DNA of 64,000 bases, from contig JANYHH010000077.1 in NCBI GenBank assembly GCA_025359505.1, positions 64,784-128,783 of the forward strand, given 5' to 3'. The stretch comes from Deinococcales bacterium (GTDB lineage Bacteria; Deinococcota; Deinococci; Deinococcales; JAAFIG01). How positions within the stretch are numbered: the stretch's first letter is position 1; the number at the start of each line of letters is the position of its first letter. The notes under the pieces were generated by a model. It was not told where the DNA came from, made no database searches, and saw only the letters and a list, made by a program, of their open reading frames with translations. Positions 7,141 to 16,769 of the stretch are shown here, piece after piece. A program made the position numbers and the translations under genes.

Positions 7141-8904
7141 ATGAAACACGCAAAACCCCTGCTCGCCTTCGGACTTAGCCTGTTGCTCAACGCTTGCGGC
7201 GATGCCAACCTGACCAGCTCATCGCAGCAACCCGAATCCTCGAGCGGCCCGCAACCCAACGCGGTCATCAATGGTTTGAACGCCGAGTACTTTGACACTC
7301 AAGACTTTAGCGGCCCTAGCCTGTCGAGGCTCGAGCCGAACGTCGATTTTGATTGGGGCAACGGTTCGCCGGCTTTGAACCTCGAACCCGACACCTTCTC
7401 GGCTCGTTACAGCGGTGAGCTTGTTGCGCCGAGCACGGGGACGTACACGTTTTACGCCACGTCCGACGACGGCGAACGCCTTTACATCAACGGACAGACC
7501 GTGCTCAGCGATTTCGAGGACCACTGGGCCCGGACGACCAGCGGCACGATCAACTTGCTGGCCGGAAAACGGGTTCCGATCAGGCTCGAGTATTTTGAAA
7601 ACACACAAAGAGCCAGCTTGAAGCTCGAGTGGAGCGGGCCCGGCGTGACCCGCCAAGTGATCCCAACGGCGCAATTATTCGGAATCGCGGTGGTTGCAAC
7701 ACCGCCGATCGGAGCGGTTTTTTTCATCGCAGCGATCGGCAATGACGACAACATCGGCACTGAGGCGTTGCCGTGGAAGACCATTCACAAGGCTGTCGGA
7801 ACGCTGAAGGCGGGCCAAACGGTGCTGATCAAAAACGGCACGTACTTCGGTGGGCTGTACATCCAACAGTCCGGCGCTCCCGGCAAACCGATCACCTTCA
7901 AGGCTTTCCCCGGGGATGAACCGATCATCAATGTCAATCAAGCAACGAGCGGCGCGTTTCTCGAGGGCGTGTCCTATGTCAACCTCGAAGGTCTGGATTT
8001 TGAGTACACCGCTCCCGGTGCTCAGCAGGCCAATGGTGAACGCGGCGAGGCCGGGATCATGATGCAAGATTCGCCCAGCGGGGCGCATTCGCATCACATC
8101 ACGATCATCAACAATCGGGTTCACAACTTCCCCGGTGGTGGCATCGGCAGCAACCTTTCGGATTACATCACCATTGAAGGCAATACGGTCTGGGAGAACG
8201 CGCTCTGGTCAAAGTACGATGGGAGCGGCATTTCTTTATACAGAAGCCTGAACGTCGATACCGCCAGCGGGTTTCATAATTTCATTCGCGGCAACACGGT
8301 TTTCAACAACGAGAACCGCGTGCCAGATTTCAAGAGCCTCGCCATCACCGATGGCAATTGCATCATCATTGACGACTCCAGAAACACCCAGCACGAGCTT
8401 GGTGATCCCCTCAAAGATAAGCGGTACACGGCCGCGACTCTGATCGAGAACAACATCTGCTCGGGCAACGGTGGTGGCGGGTTGCGGATTTACTCCTCAG
8501 ACAACGTGCTGGCACGCCACAACACGCTGTATCAAAACCAGTTCACTCCGACGATCAACACCGGCGAGATGACCGCCTACGATGCCAGCAACGTGCGATT
8601 TATCAACAACATTGTCTACACCAGCAAACGGGCCAATGGAACCGCCAATGCCACGGACATCGTTTACGAACGCAACCTGTACTTTGGCACGACCGACATT
8701 CCGATCTTCACCTCGAGCGATCTGAATGCCGATCCTCTGTTCGAGGCTCCCAGCAGCAACTTGACCTCGGCCAATTTTCGTTTGCGAGTCGGCAGTCCGG
8801 CGATCGATACAGCGTTGAACGGTCAATCACCCGCGACCGACATCGCTGGTCGCTCGAGACCGTTGGGGCTTGGGTCAGATTTGGGCGCGTGGGAATCCCG
8901 TTGA
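7141..8904 (+). CDS. lipoprotein with PA14 domain and right-handed parallel beta-helix (polysaccharide lyase/hydrolase-like)
   Basis: Signal peptide plus lipobox (LLLNAC). NAEYFDTQDFSG...TFSARYSGELVAPSTGTYTFYATSDDGERLYINGQ...LEYFEN is a PA14 domain. It is followed by repeated NN-x-V/I-x-N beta-helix turns. Confidence 0.8.
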   Translation: MKHAKPLLAFGLSLLLNACGDANLTSSSQQPESSSGPQPNAVINGLNAEYFDTQDFSGPSLSRLEPNVDFDWGNGSPALNLEPDTFSARYSGELVAPSTGTYTFYATSDDGERLYINGQTVLSDFEDHWARTTSGTINLLAGKRVPIRLEYFENTQRASLKLEWSGPGVTRQVIPTAQLFGIAVVATPPIGAVFFIAAIGNDDNIGTEALPWKTIHKAVGTLKAGQTVLIKNGTYFGGLYIQQSGAPGKPITFKAFPGDEPIINVNQATSGAFLEGVSYVNLEGLDFEYTAPGAQQANGERGEAGIMMQDSPSGAHSHHITIINNRVHNFPGGGIGSNLSDYITIEGNTVWENALWSKYDGSGISLYRSLNVDTASGFHNFIRGNTVFNNENRVPDFKSLAITDGNCIIIDDSRNTQHELGDPLKDKRYTAATLIENNICSGNGGGGLRIYSSDNVLARHNTLYQNQFTPTINTGEMTAYDASNVRFINNIVYTSKRANGTANATDIVYERNLYFGTTDIPIFTSSDLNADPLFEAPSSNLTSANFRLRVGSPAIDTALNGQSPATDIAGRSRPLGLGSDLGAWESR

Positions 8905-9014
8905 CGCACAGCGATTTCCCATGGAATTCACGGGCGAATCAAACATCCCGAACTTGAGTGGATTCAGCCCGCTCATGTGTTCCGGGAATCGCTACTGATC
9001 CAACCGAGGTCAAG

Positions 9015-10790
9015 ATGTTCAACAGGCAATTCTCCAGACAATCGTCTACCGTTCAGGCTACTGATTTTACTGCGCGACCAAAGCGGTGGATCGCGATTGG
9101 GTGCTGTTTACTGACCGCTTGCACCCTTGCCGACCAGCCTGTGACCGTGCCACCTCCAGCCGTGATTCCCCCAATGCCGCCTCCGGTCACGCAATCGTCG
9201 GTTGCCGCACCGCGTTCGTTTTCCTCTAACTTCGCATGGAGCAGTTCGGCCGCCACCCCAACGCCGCGACTCAGCGACAGCGATGCTCCGTCTAGTTTCG
9301 TTAAAGAGGGCGAAGACTTCTACGAGGTGCACAGCAATGGCAACGGAACGTGGAAAGTCTTCAAGGGAACGTCGCTCGAGGAAATGACGCAAAGCGCCGA
9401 GTTCTACACCTTCGATGCCGTCGGCAAAGCCAATGGTTTCACGCAACCACACGGTGACGATGTTTACTGGACGAGCGGTGGTATCTGGGTTGATCCGAGC
9501 GGAACGTGGTACACCACCGTTCACATTGAGTTTAACTACGCCGGATCCAACTACGCCTTTCCCCACTTTCGGCGCATCGGTTACGCAACCACGACCAATC
9601 ACGGCGCGACTTGGCAATTCAAGGCAGACATCCTCACGAGCGACAATCCCACCGACTCGAAGGATGATTTCCCCGGGTCGTATTTTGATTTTGGTGTCGG
9701 CGACCAACAGCTTTACGTCGATACCGTCGGTGGCTATTTCTACGTCAATTACGAAAAAACTTGGTTTGATAAAAAGAATTTGAAGCGCTTTGAGGGCACG
9801 GCCATTGCACGCTGCCCGATCCGGGCGGCGATGGCTCCCGGTTGCTGGAAGCAATGGTTCAAGGGCGGATGGACTGAGCCGGGTTTGGGTGGCCACGCGA
9901 GTCTCGTTTTACCCAACGTCGCCGTCGGCGGTATCTTTTACAGCACGTATCTGAACAGGTTCGTCTACATCGGCATGATTAGTGATGACGGCTCGAAATC
10001 AACCGCCGTCATCACGACCGCCAGCAGCCTCGAGACTCAGGACTGGACACCACTGGATCACTTCGGCACGGTTGATAACTTTGACACGTTCCCCGAGAGC
10101 CTGCAATTTTATCTCACGGCAATGAATCCGATCAGTGGCGGACGGGTGGTCGGTCAAAGTGTTCGGTTGTTGTACTCGGCTTCCAACGCGGTGCTCGGCG
10201 CGACGAACTCTAGAACCATCACCTTCGCACCCGGCGCAACTGTCGCTTACAGAGCACCAACGCAACGCTACCCCGCTGAATCCGTCACCAACGGCGACGA
10301 CCTCTGGCAGTGGGATTTGAACCCGGACGGGGATATCAATCTCGCGTTGCACAAACCCGCTTCGCAATCGAGCACAGCTTGGAACTCGAGCGTTTTCAGT
10401 GCCGACAAAGCCGTCGATGGAAACGTCTCGAGCGATTTGCAATGGGGTTCGGTGACGCAGACCGAACCGGACGGCGAGACCAATCCGTGGTGGCAGGTTG
10501 ACCTCGGTTCGGTTCAAGCCATTGGCAAAATCAAGATTTACAACCGCACCGATTGCTGCCCTACGCTAACCAACTTCAGAGTGTTCGTTTCCGACACGCC
10601 GTTCGGTTCGACGAACCTGCCTGCGACGACCGCCCAGTCGGGTGTAAGCACCTTCGCAGTCGACGGTGAGAGCCGTACCGTGACCTTGGTGAACGCCAAC
10701 CGAACCGCTCGGTTCGTGCGGGTACAGCTCGGCAGTGCCCAGTCTCTGTCACTGTCCGAGGTTCAGGTGTTGAGTCCGAAAAACCGCTGA
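9015..10790 (+). CDS. secreted protein with C-terminal F5/8 type C (discoidin/fucolectin-like) domain
   Basis: ATG 9015 follows a GAGG RBS. Hydrophobic N-terminus. The C-terminus NLALHKPASQSS...AVDGN...NPWWQVDLG...IYNRTDCC...RFVRVQL is a discoidin-type carbohydrate-binding signature. Confidence 0.75.
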   Translation: MFNRQFSRQSSTVQATDFTARPKRWIAIGCCLLTACTLADQPVTVPPPAVIPPMPPPVTQSSVAAPRSFSSNFAWSSSAATPTPRLSDSDAPSSFVKEGEDFYEVHSNGNGTWKVFKGTSLEEMTQSAEFYTFDAVGKANGFTQPHGDDVYWTSGGIWVDPSGTWYTTVHIEFNYAGSNYAFPHFRRIGYATTTNHGATWQFKADILTSDNPTDSKDDFPGSYFDFGVGDQQLYVDTVGGYFYVNYEKTWFDKKNLKRFEGTAIARCPIRAAMAPGCWKQWFKGGWTEPGLGGHASLVLPNVAVGGIFYSTYLNRFVYIGMISDDGSKSTAVITTASSLETQDWTPLDHFGTVDNFDTFPESLQFYLTAMNPISGGRVVGQSVRLLYSASNAVLGATNSRTITFAPGATVAYRAPTQRYPAESVTNGDDLWQWDLNPDGDINLALHKPASQSSTAWNSSVFSADKAVDGNVSSDLQWGSVTQTEPDGETNPWWQVDLGSVQAIGKIKIYNRTDCCPTLTNFRVFVSDTPFGSTNLPATTAQSGVSTFAVDGESRTVTLVNANRTARFVRVQLGSAQSLSLSEVQVLSPKNR

Positions 10791-11138
10791 ATGCCGTGGG
10801 CGTCGCCAATATCGCTGGACGCCGAGTTTTTACGGGATGCTCCGTTCGTGACGCTCAGGGACACTCGGATCGTCGGCTTCACGGGCGCGTATCAGGGCGG
10901 CTCGAGCGGACTGACCGATCAGTGATTGACGCTTGTGACCCGCGAAATGAGGGGGCACAAAGTCGCGCTTGCCTTGAAATTCAAGCAACTCGAGACGCTC
11001 CAGAAACTGGGGTTTCGGGCGGTTCGCACCGATAACGACACGCGCAACGCGGCGATGCTGGCGGTCAATGCGAACTTGGGCTTCGTGCGACAAGTCGCGG
11101 TGCTGGTGATGCAAAAAGACTTCGCGCTGGAGAGTTAA
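10791..11138 (+). pseudogene. GNAT C-terminal-domain fragment with in-frame TGA (10923-10925)
   Basis: One frame reads MPWASPISLDAEFLRDAPFVTLRDTRIVGFTGAYQGGSSGLTDQ*LTLVTREMRGHKVALALKFKQLETLQKLGF...NAAMLAVNANLGF. This is only the second half of a two-domain GNAT like the neighbouring 11148 gene. Confidence 0.6.
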
Positions 11139-11147
11139 ACTTCTACC

Positions 11148-12104
11148 GTGCTGAGCATTCGCGCTTTTGAGCCAGACCGCGATCTCGAGGGGCTGGTCTG
11201 GCTCGAGAACGGGCTGCACAGCTCGAGTCTGACCACCGACGAGTTGCAAATCAGAGACTTGGCTCGAGAGAGTGATCTGGCATTCATGCGGCTGGTGGCG
11301 CTGTGGGATTGGCAGATCGTCGGCGCAATTGAGGCGACGCAGAAACCGTGGCCGTGGCAGGATCGGGCTGAAGTCAGGGTCGGCGTACTACCCGATCATC
11401 GCGGGCTGGGCATCGGACGGGCACTGGTCGCGGCGCTCGAGACGCAACTGGGTGAGGCTGGTGGGCAGATGATGCTGGCATACACGGGTGAATTTGACTT
11501 TGGTTACAACCATTTCCTGTGGCGCGTGGGTTTTCTAGAAGCGTTTCGGGGCTACCCGCAGTATTTGCCCCTACAGACTGTCCGCCTCGAGCAGATCAGC
11601 GTCGATTGGGGGCGGATCGCTGCGGCGGGCGTAGAGTTTCGCACGCTGTCGCAAGTGCGCTTCGAATGGGACTGCGCCCAAAAACTTTACGACTTGTACG
11701 TTCAACTCGAGGCGGACGTGCCCAGAGTGGACGAGGTAATCGCACCAAAATCGTTTGAAGATTTTTGCACCGACATCTTCGACTCGCCCTCGAGCCTGCC
11801 GGACGGCGTAACGCTAGCGGTGCAAGTGCGGAGCTGGGGTATGGAGTACGTCGGTTGCAACATCCTTTACCGCGACGACTCGGGGTTGGTGCTGCACAAC
11901 GGTCTGACCGGCGTCAGGCGCGACCTCAGGGGCTTGGGCTTGGCGGCAGCCCTCAAATACAACGGCATCGAGTTTGCCGCCAAAGCGGGTTACGCGGGGA
12001 TCACGTCGTTCAACGCCCGCGACAACCACGCGATCCTGAACCTCAACGCCAAATTCGGTTTCGAGCGTGGGGCCGCAACCCTCGAGTGGCGCAAATCATG
12101 GTGA
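11148..12104 (+). CDS. GNAT family N-acetyltransferase (two-domain)
   Basis: It carries HRGLGIGRALVAALETQL and RRDLRGLGLAAALKYNGIEFAAKAGY, which are two acetyl-CoA motif A copies. Confidence 0.8.
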   Translation: MLSIRAFEPDRDLEGLVWLENGLHSSSLTTDELQIRDLARESDLAFMRLVALWDWQIVGAIEATQKPWPWQDRAEVRVGVLPDHRGLGIGRALVAALETQLGEAGGQMMLAYTGEFDFGYNHFLWRVGFLEAFRGYPQYLPLQTVRLEQISVDWGRIAAAGVEFRTLSQVRFEWDCAQKLYDLYVQLEADVPRVDEVIAPKSFEDFCTDIFDSPSSLPDGVTLAVQVRSWGMEYVGCNILYRDDSGLVLHNGLTGVRRDLRGLGLAAALKYNGIEFAAKAGYAGITSFNARDNHAILNLNAKFGFERGAATLEWRKSW

Positions 12105-12590
12105 GCGCTGCACGGATACGCGCTGAACGGGCACGCGCTCGAGGGCGCAGTACGCGCTGAGCATCAGCAGTGCGCCGATCCAACCGGGCACGCCGTCTAA
12201 CGTCACCGTAAAGCTTTTGCCGCCGACACCGCCGATGCGCCCCTCGAGCGTGTCCTCGCGCTGCGCGGCCCGCATGGAAATTGCGGTCAGTCCCGTGCCG
12301 ATTGCGCCGCTGATTTGATCCACGCCGCGTAAGTTGACGGCGTCCGCGCCGATCAAGCCGCTCAGCTCGCCTTGGTTGAGTTGTAAATCCACGGGCGTGC
12401 CACCTCGGCCGCCGAGCGTGCCGCGCACGCCTTGATCGGTCAGCGTCAAGTTGATCTCGCGGGCCATCAACGCGCCACCAATGCGCCCCTTGAGGACATC
12501 ACCCTCGAGCCGCGCTTGCATTTCAAAACCCTCGGAGCCGAGCAGTCCTTTAATCATCTGCTGCAAAGTATACAAAAATTGGACGATCAA
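12096..12590 (-). CDS. hypothetical repeat protein, possibly C-terminally membrane-anchored
   Basis: About five degenerate Gly-rich repeats of roughly 20 aa (L-x-G-R-IGG...v-x-L-x-L), then the hydrophobic GVPGWIGALLMLSAYCAL. Start codon uncertain. Confidence 0.4.
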   Translation of the reverse strand: MIVQFLYTLQQMIKGLLGSEGFEMQARLEGDVLKGRIGGALMAREINLTLTDQGVRGTLGGRGGTPVDLQLNQGELSGLIGADAVNLRGVDQISGAIGTGLTAISMRAAQREDTLEGRIGGVGGKSFTVTLDGVPGWIGALLMLSAYCALERVPVQRVSVQRSP

Positions 12591-12648
12591 CCGTCTGGCT
12601 CGAGGTCAGGCGGTGCGCGGGCAAAAGATGATAAAACTGGGTGCAGTG

Positions 12649-13551
12649 ATGTTCGACGTTTCCGTGCGGGTTCCCGCGACGATTGCCAATCTGGGCCCGG
12701 GCTTTGACGCGCTGGGTTTGGCGGTGTCGCTGTACTGCGAGGCTCGAGCGCTCCCAGCCCGGACGGATACGTTCGTTTACAACGGTGACGCCAATTTATT
12801 CGGCGCAGACAACTTGATGCACACCGGCTGGCGCGAGGCGCACCAAGCACTGGGGGAAGTCGCGCCGCAGGTGGAGTTGCACTGCCAGAACCAGATTCCG
12901 CTGGCTAGGGGCTTAGGGTCTTCGTCGGCGGCGCTGGTGGCCGGTGCGGCGCTGGCTGATGCAATTCTGGGCGGACGCTTGGGACGCCAGGGCGTGCTGC
13001 GGCTGTGCGCGGCGCTCGAGGGCCACCCAGATAACGTCGCTCCGGCGGTGCTGGGGGGATTCACGACATCGGTCATGGTGGCGGGCGAAGTGACCAGCGC
13101 TCAGTTCGATTTGTCGCCGAGGATCAGCGTACTGGTGTCCGTGCCAGATTTTGAATTGAAAACCAGCGAAGCCCGCGATGCGCTTCCCGCATCGTACAGC
13201 CGCGCCGACATGGTTTTTAACCTGTCGCGCAGCGCGTTGTGGGTCGCGGCCGTCGCGTCTGGCGATTACAAACTCTTGCGCGAAGCTAGCCGCGACCGCG
13301 TGCATCAGCCTTACAGGGCGCGGTTCGTGCCGAAACTGGAGCAAACGATTGACGAGGCACTGAACGCTGGCGCACTGGCGGCGTTTTTGAACGGCGCGGG
13401 CCCGAGCCTTGGCGCACTCGTCACAGATGAGTCTCGAGCAGCGGTCGCAGCGATACTCGAGGCGTTCGCGCCCCAAGTTTTACACCTGACCTCGAGCGCC
13501 GGGTACGCGCTGAGCGCCACTGACGACCTGCGACCCAGCGGGGGGATTTGA
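12649..13551 (+). CDS. thrB: homoserine kinase
   Basis: VPATIANLGPGFDALG and the GHMP motif PLARGLGSSSAALVAG. An alternative in-frame ATG lies at 12628. Confidence 0.85.
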   Translation: MFDVSVRVPATIANLGPGFDALGLAVSLYCEARALPARTDTFVYNGDANLFGADNLMHTGWREAHQALGEVAPQVELHCQNQIPLARGLGSSSAALVAGAALADAILGGRLGRQGVLRLCAALEGHPDNVAPAVLGGFTTSVMVAGEVTSAQFDLSPRISVLVSVPDFELKTSEARDALPASYSRADMVFNLSRSALWVAAVASGDYKLLREASRDRVHQPYRARFVPKLEQTIDEALNAGALAAFLNGAGPSLGALVTDESRAAVAAILEAFAPQVLHLTSSAGYALSATDDLRPSGGI

Positions 13552-13552
13552 G

Positions 13553-14320
13553 ATGGAAGGCAACCTGCGCGACACGCCGCTGTCCTCGGTGCTCGAGTTG
13601 ATTCACCTGACCAAGCAGTCTGGGCGCGTGGCCGTGACGGGGCGCGTGCCGCTGTCGTTGACGGTCGTGCAGGGCGAGATCCTCGCTGGCGGAATCTTAG
13701 ATTGGCAGGGATTGGAGGCGATCCAGAGCTTTGAGTTGCACGCCTCGCAAGGCAACTTCAGGTTCGCCCCTTCGAGCGCTCAGGTGCTGGCGCAATTCAA
13801 ACTGTCGTTCGCGGCCCTGATGACCGATTGGGCGCGGGTCAACGACGAGTGGGCCCGCATTCGCACGGTGATCGACAGCCCCAGCCGCGTGCTCGAGTTC
13901 AGCGGCCCGGCCCAGCAGCCCGCGCACGCCTTTCAGGGCGGCAAGAGTATTCGCAGCGTCTCAAAAGCCATTGACGAGGGCGTATTTGAGGTTTCCACTC
14001 GCGCCGCGCCGCTGGTGCTGAGCGGTCAGTTGAAACTGAAAGACCGTTACGCGTGGATGGGTTTGCGCGTGCGTCACCCGTCGGCCATCGGCAGTTTCAC
14101 GCCGATGACTCGAGGAACCGAGGAAATTCCGCTGATGCTCAACGGCAAGCGCAACCTCGCGGAGCTGCTGGAGTGGGGATTCAAGCCCAGTCAATTGCGT
14201 CAGTATCTGCTCGGCGCGATTCAGAGCGGCGTGGTGCAAGTCCCGGGCAGCGGTTGGTTGCTGCGCGACCTGACATGGGAACTCGAGGCGCTGGTCGCAG
14301 CGGGCCAAGGCGACGCGTAG
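13553..14320 (+). CDS. DUF4388 domain-containing protein
   Basis: The N-terminus GNLRDTPLSSVLELIHLTKQSGRVAV...VQGEILAG...GLEAIQSFELHASQGNFRF is the DUF4388 pattern. Confidence 0.6.
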   Translation: MEGNLRDTPLSSVLELIHLTKQSGRVAVTGRVPLSLTVVQGEILAGGILDWQGLEAIQSFELHASQGNFRFAPSSAQVLAQFKLSFAALMTDWARVNDEWARIRTVIDSPSRVLEFSGPAQQPAHAFQGGKSIRSVSKAIDEGVFEVSTRAAPLVLSGQLKLKDRYAWMGLRVRHPSAIGSFTPMTRGTEEIPLMLNGKRNLAELLEWGFKPSQLRQYLLGAIQSGVVQVPGSGWLLRDLTWELEALVAAGQGDA

Positions 14321-14469
14321 CCAAAGCCTCTACAGTGCGTCTCGAGTCCGCTCTCACCCTCCCCTTCGCGGTCAGGTTTTTCACTCAACTCGAGGTTTTG
14401 AGTCGCACCGCTCGCCGTGTTTATTGCCTCAAACATGGGAAAGCCCTCTATTTGGACTCGAGATAAAAA

Positions 14470-15123
14470 GTGTTACAGTCTGCCCCTGTGATTGTCACTC
14501 CACCCCAACCGTTACTGCACGACGACATCAAATTATCCCTGCGCGAACGCCAAAAAATCCGTCGCCGCAACCGCATTTACCAAGTCGCCATCGCGCTCTT
14601 CAAGGAGCGCGGCTTCGTCAACACGACCGCTACCGACATCGCCAAAACCGCTCACGTCTCACGCGGCACGTTTTTTAATTACTACCCGTACAAAGAGGCC
14701 GTGCTGCTCGATTACGGCGCGTTCGTCGTGGCTAAACTCAACGAACTGGTGCGTACACGCGTGGCCGCAGGCATCGGTTCCGAAGCGCTTTTAGAGGAGT
14801 TCTGGCTCGAGCTGGGACGCGTCACGAACGAGGAACGCGACTTGATCCCACCGCTGACTTACGAACTGATCAATCCCGATCCCGTGCGGGCCAAAGCCGC
14901 TTACGAAGCCATGCCGCTGGCCAAAATCATTGAAAGCCTGCTGCGCGACACCAAGAAATTGCGCCCAGACATCAGTTTGGAGCGCATCAGCGCGACGCTG
15001 GCGTACACGTTTTTGATGACCGCACTGCGCTGGAGCGCCTTTCACCCCAACCGACCCGTGCAGGACGAATTGCGTAAGGCACTGACGCTGGTTTTAGACG
15101 GCGCGTACCAGCGCGATTCGTAG
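14470..15123 (+). CDS. TetR/AcrR family transcriptional regulator
   Basis: HTH region: IYQVAIALFKERGFVNTTATDIAKTAHVSRGTFFNYYPYKEAV. Confidence 0.85.
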   Translation: MLQSAPVIVTPPQPLLHDDIKLSLRERQKIRRRNRIYQVAIALFKERGFVNTTATDIAKTAHVSRGTFFNYYPYKEAVLLDYGAFVVAKLNELVRTRVAAGIGSEALLEEFWLELGRVTNEERDLIPPLTYELINPDPVRAKAAYEAMPLAKIIESLLRDTKKLRPDISLERISATLAYTFLMTALRWSAFHPNRPVQDELRKALTLVLDGAYQRDS

Positions 15124-15364
15124 GCTGTCAGCTTTGGTTCGTAGAGAATTTGCTCGAGTGCAATTCTAGTCTTAGCGACTCGAGTACCGTTCCAAACGGC
15201 AGCTCGAGTCTCACGGCTAAAGCGGTGACGGTGCGGGATCAACGTGAGAGTCCAGAAACGGTTCGTCCGCAAAAACCCCACTCGGGCACGCGCTTAGCTC
15301 GAGTGCCCGCAACACCATCTCGAGGATCACGATTTGAGCCGTGACTTCGCAGCGAAATCGTTGT

Positions 15365-16123
15365 TCACACATCAACGAAGGTGCAGGTCTGCTCGCGCAC
15401 CAGCCCAGCTTCATCACTGGCTAGTTCCAAAAGCACTTCACGCCCGGGCACGGGTGTACCGCGCAAGATCACGGTTTCCAAAGTATCCGTATCGACCGTG
15501 CAAAGCTGACCGCTGAACACCGCGCCGGTGTCGACGTATAGGTGCTGCCCGACCCATGTCGGCACGCCGAGCGGCGTGTGTCCGTGGATACTGCCGATCA
15601 ACCCCGGCTCGAGGGCGAACGGCCCCTCGTTGGGTCTGGCCCACATCATCGTCATCTCTTCACTGCCGTAGCGCTCCAAGGTCACGGGTGGCGCGGCGTG
15701 CGTGCAGAGGTACTGGTTGGCGGTCGTGATTGAAAGCTGCATCCGAGCGATGAACTCGAGCAGATCGTCCGGGATGTTGCCGGGCCCGAACAACCCGTAT
15801 TCTCTGAAGAGTGTATTGCCACCGTTGCGTTGCCAGTTGAGGAATTCCTCCCTCGCCGCTGCCAGTAACCGGATGTCGCCAGACTCCTGCGCTTGCAGGT
15901 CAAAGGTCGCGGCTCTGAGCAGCATGTTCTCGTGATTGCCGCGTAGCAGGGTCACGCGCCCCGCGTCGCTCAGCTCCAGTAGACGCCGCACTGTGCCTCT
16001 GGAATCTGGGCCGCGATCGATCGCGTCACCCAGAAAAATAAATTCGGCATCGTCTGCAAAATGCTCGAGCGCCGCGTGGAGCAGATCGGAACGGCCGTGT
16101 AAATCCGGGATGACGATGGGCAC
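15365..16123 (-). CDS. metallophosphoesterase (PPP-family Ser/Thr phosphatase-like)
   Basis: Motifs DLHG, GDAIDRGPDS and GNHE. Confidence 0.85.
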   Translation of the reverse strand: MPIVIPDLHGRSDLLHAALEHFADDAEFIFLGDAIDRGPDSRGTVRRLLELSDAGRVTLLRGNHENMLLRAATFDLQAQESGDIRLLAAAREEFLNWQRNGGNTLFREYGLFGPGNIPDDLLEFIARMQLSITTANQYLCTHAAPPVTLERYGSEEMTMMWARPNEGPFALEPGLIGSIHGHTPLGVPTWVGQHLYVDTGAVFSGQLCTVDTDTLETVILRGTPVPGREVLLELASDEAGLVREQTCTFVDV

Positions 16124-16249
16124 GGTAGGTACAGGCTAACCTATTCCCGGAAATTCGGATCACGAGAAACGCACAGCGCTGTTCCAGACAATCTGGTTGT
16201 CAGCCGCGAAACTTATTGTTTCTCGAGGTAACTCGGGTAGAGTGCAGCC

Positions 16250-16648
16250 ATGCCGATCACCACATTACTCGCCCAGAGCGCCAAACCAACGACCTCGCCA
16301 CCCGCCGCATCACAAGGCGCGATTGACGGCGCGTTCAACGCGCTCGCACCGTATTTAGGTCAGATCAGCTTCGGGGCACTGGCGGGCTTTGCGACCGGCT
16401 ACGCACTGAAAAAAGTCGGGCGGGTCGCACTGGTGATTTTTGGATTGCTGTTCATCGCCGTGCAACTGCTGGCGTATTACGGCGTGGTGCAAGTCGACTG
16501 GCTGAGAATCCAGAGTTACGCCGATCCGCTCCTCAAACGCGAGTCATTGCAAGGCTTCTTCAACTCGCTGGTCGCTATCCTCACCAACAACGTGCCATTC
16601 GCTGGCGCGTTCGTACCCGGCTTCCTGCTCGGGTTGCGCTTCGGGTGA
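16250..16648 (+). CDS. FUN14 domain membrane protein
   Basis: GALAGFATGYALKKVGRVALVIFGLLFIAVQLLAY and a C-terminal Gly-rich TM segment. Confidence 0.65.
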   Translation: MPITTLLAQSAKPTTSPPAASQGAIDGAFNALAPYLGQISFGALAGFATGYALKKVGRVALVIFGLLFIAVQLLAYYGVVQVDWLRIQSYADPLLKRESLQGFFNSLVAILTNNVPFAGAFVPGFLLGLRFG

Positions 16649-16769
16649 TTTGCCTCGAGCAGTTCGCCCGTACAGGTCAGCGCAAATGCTCAAGCAGTGA
16701 ATGACGCGGTTGCCCTGATATCTCGAGCTGAATTTGGCGGCTCGAGGCTAAACCCGTATTCTTAAATGC

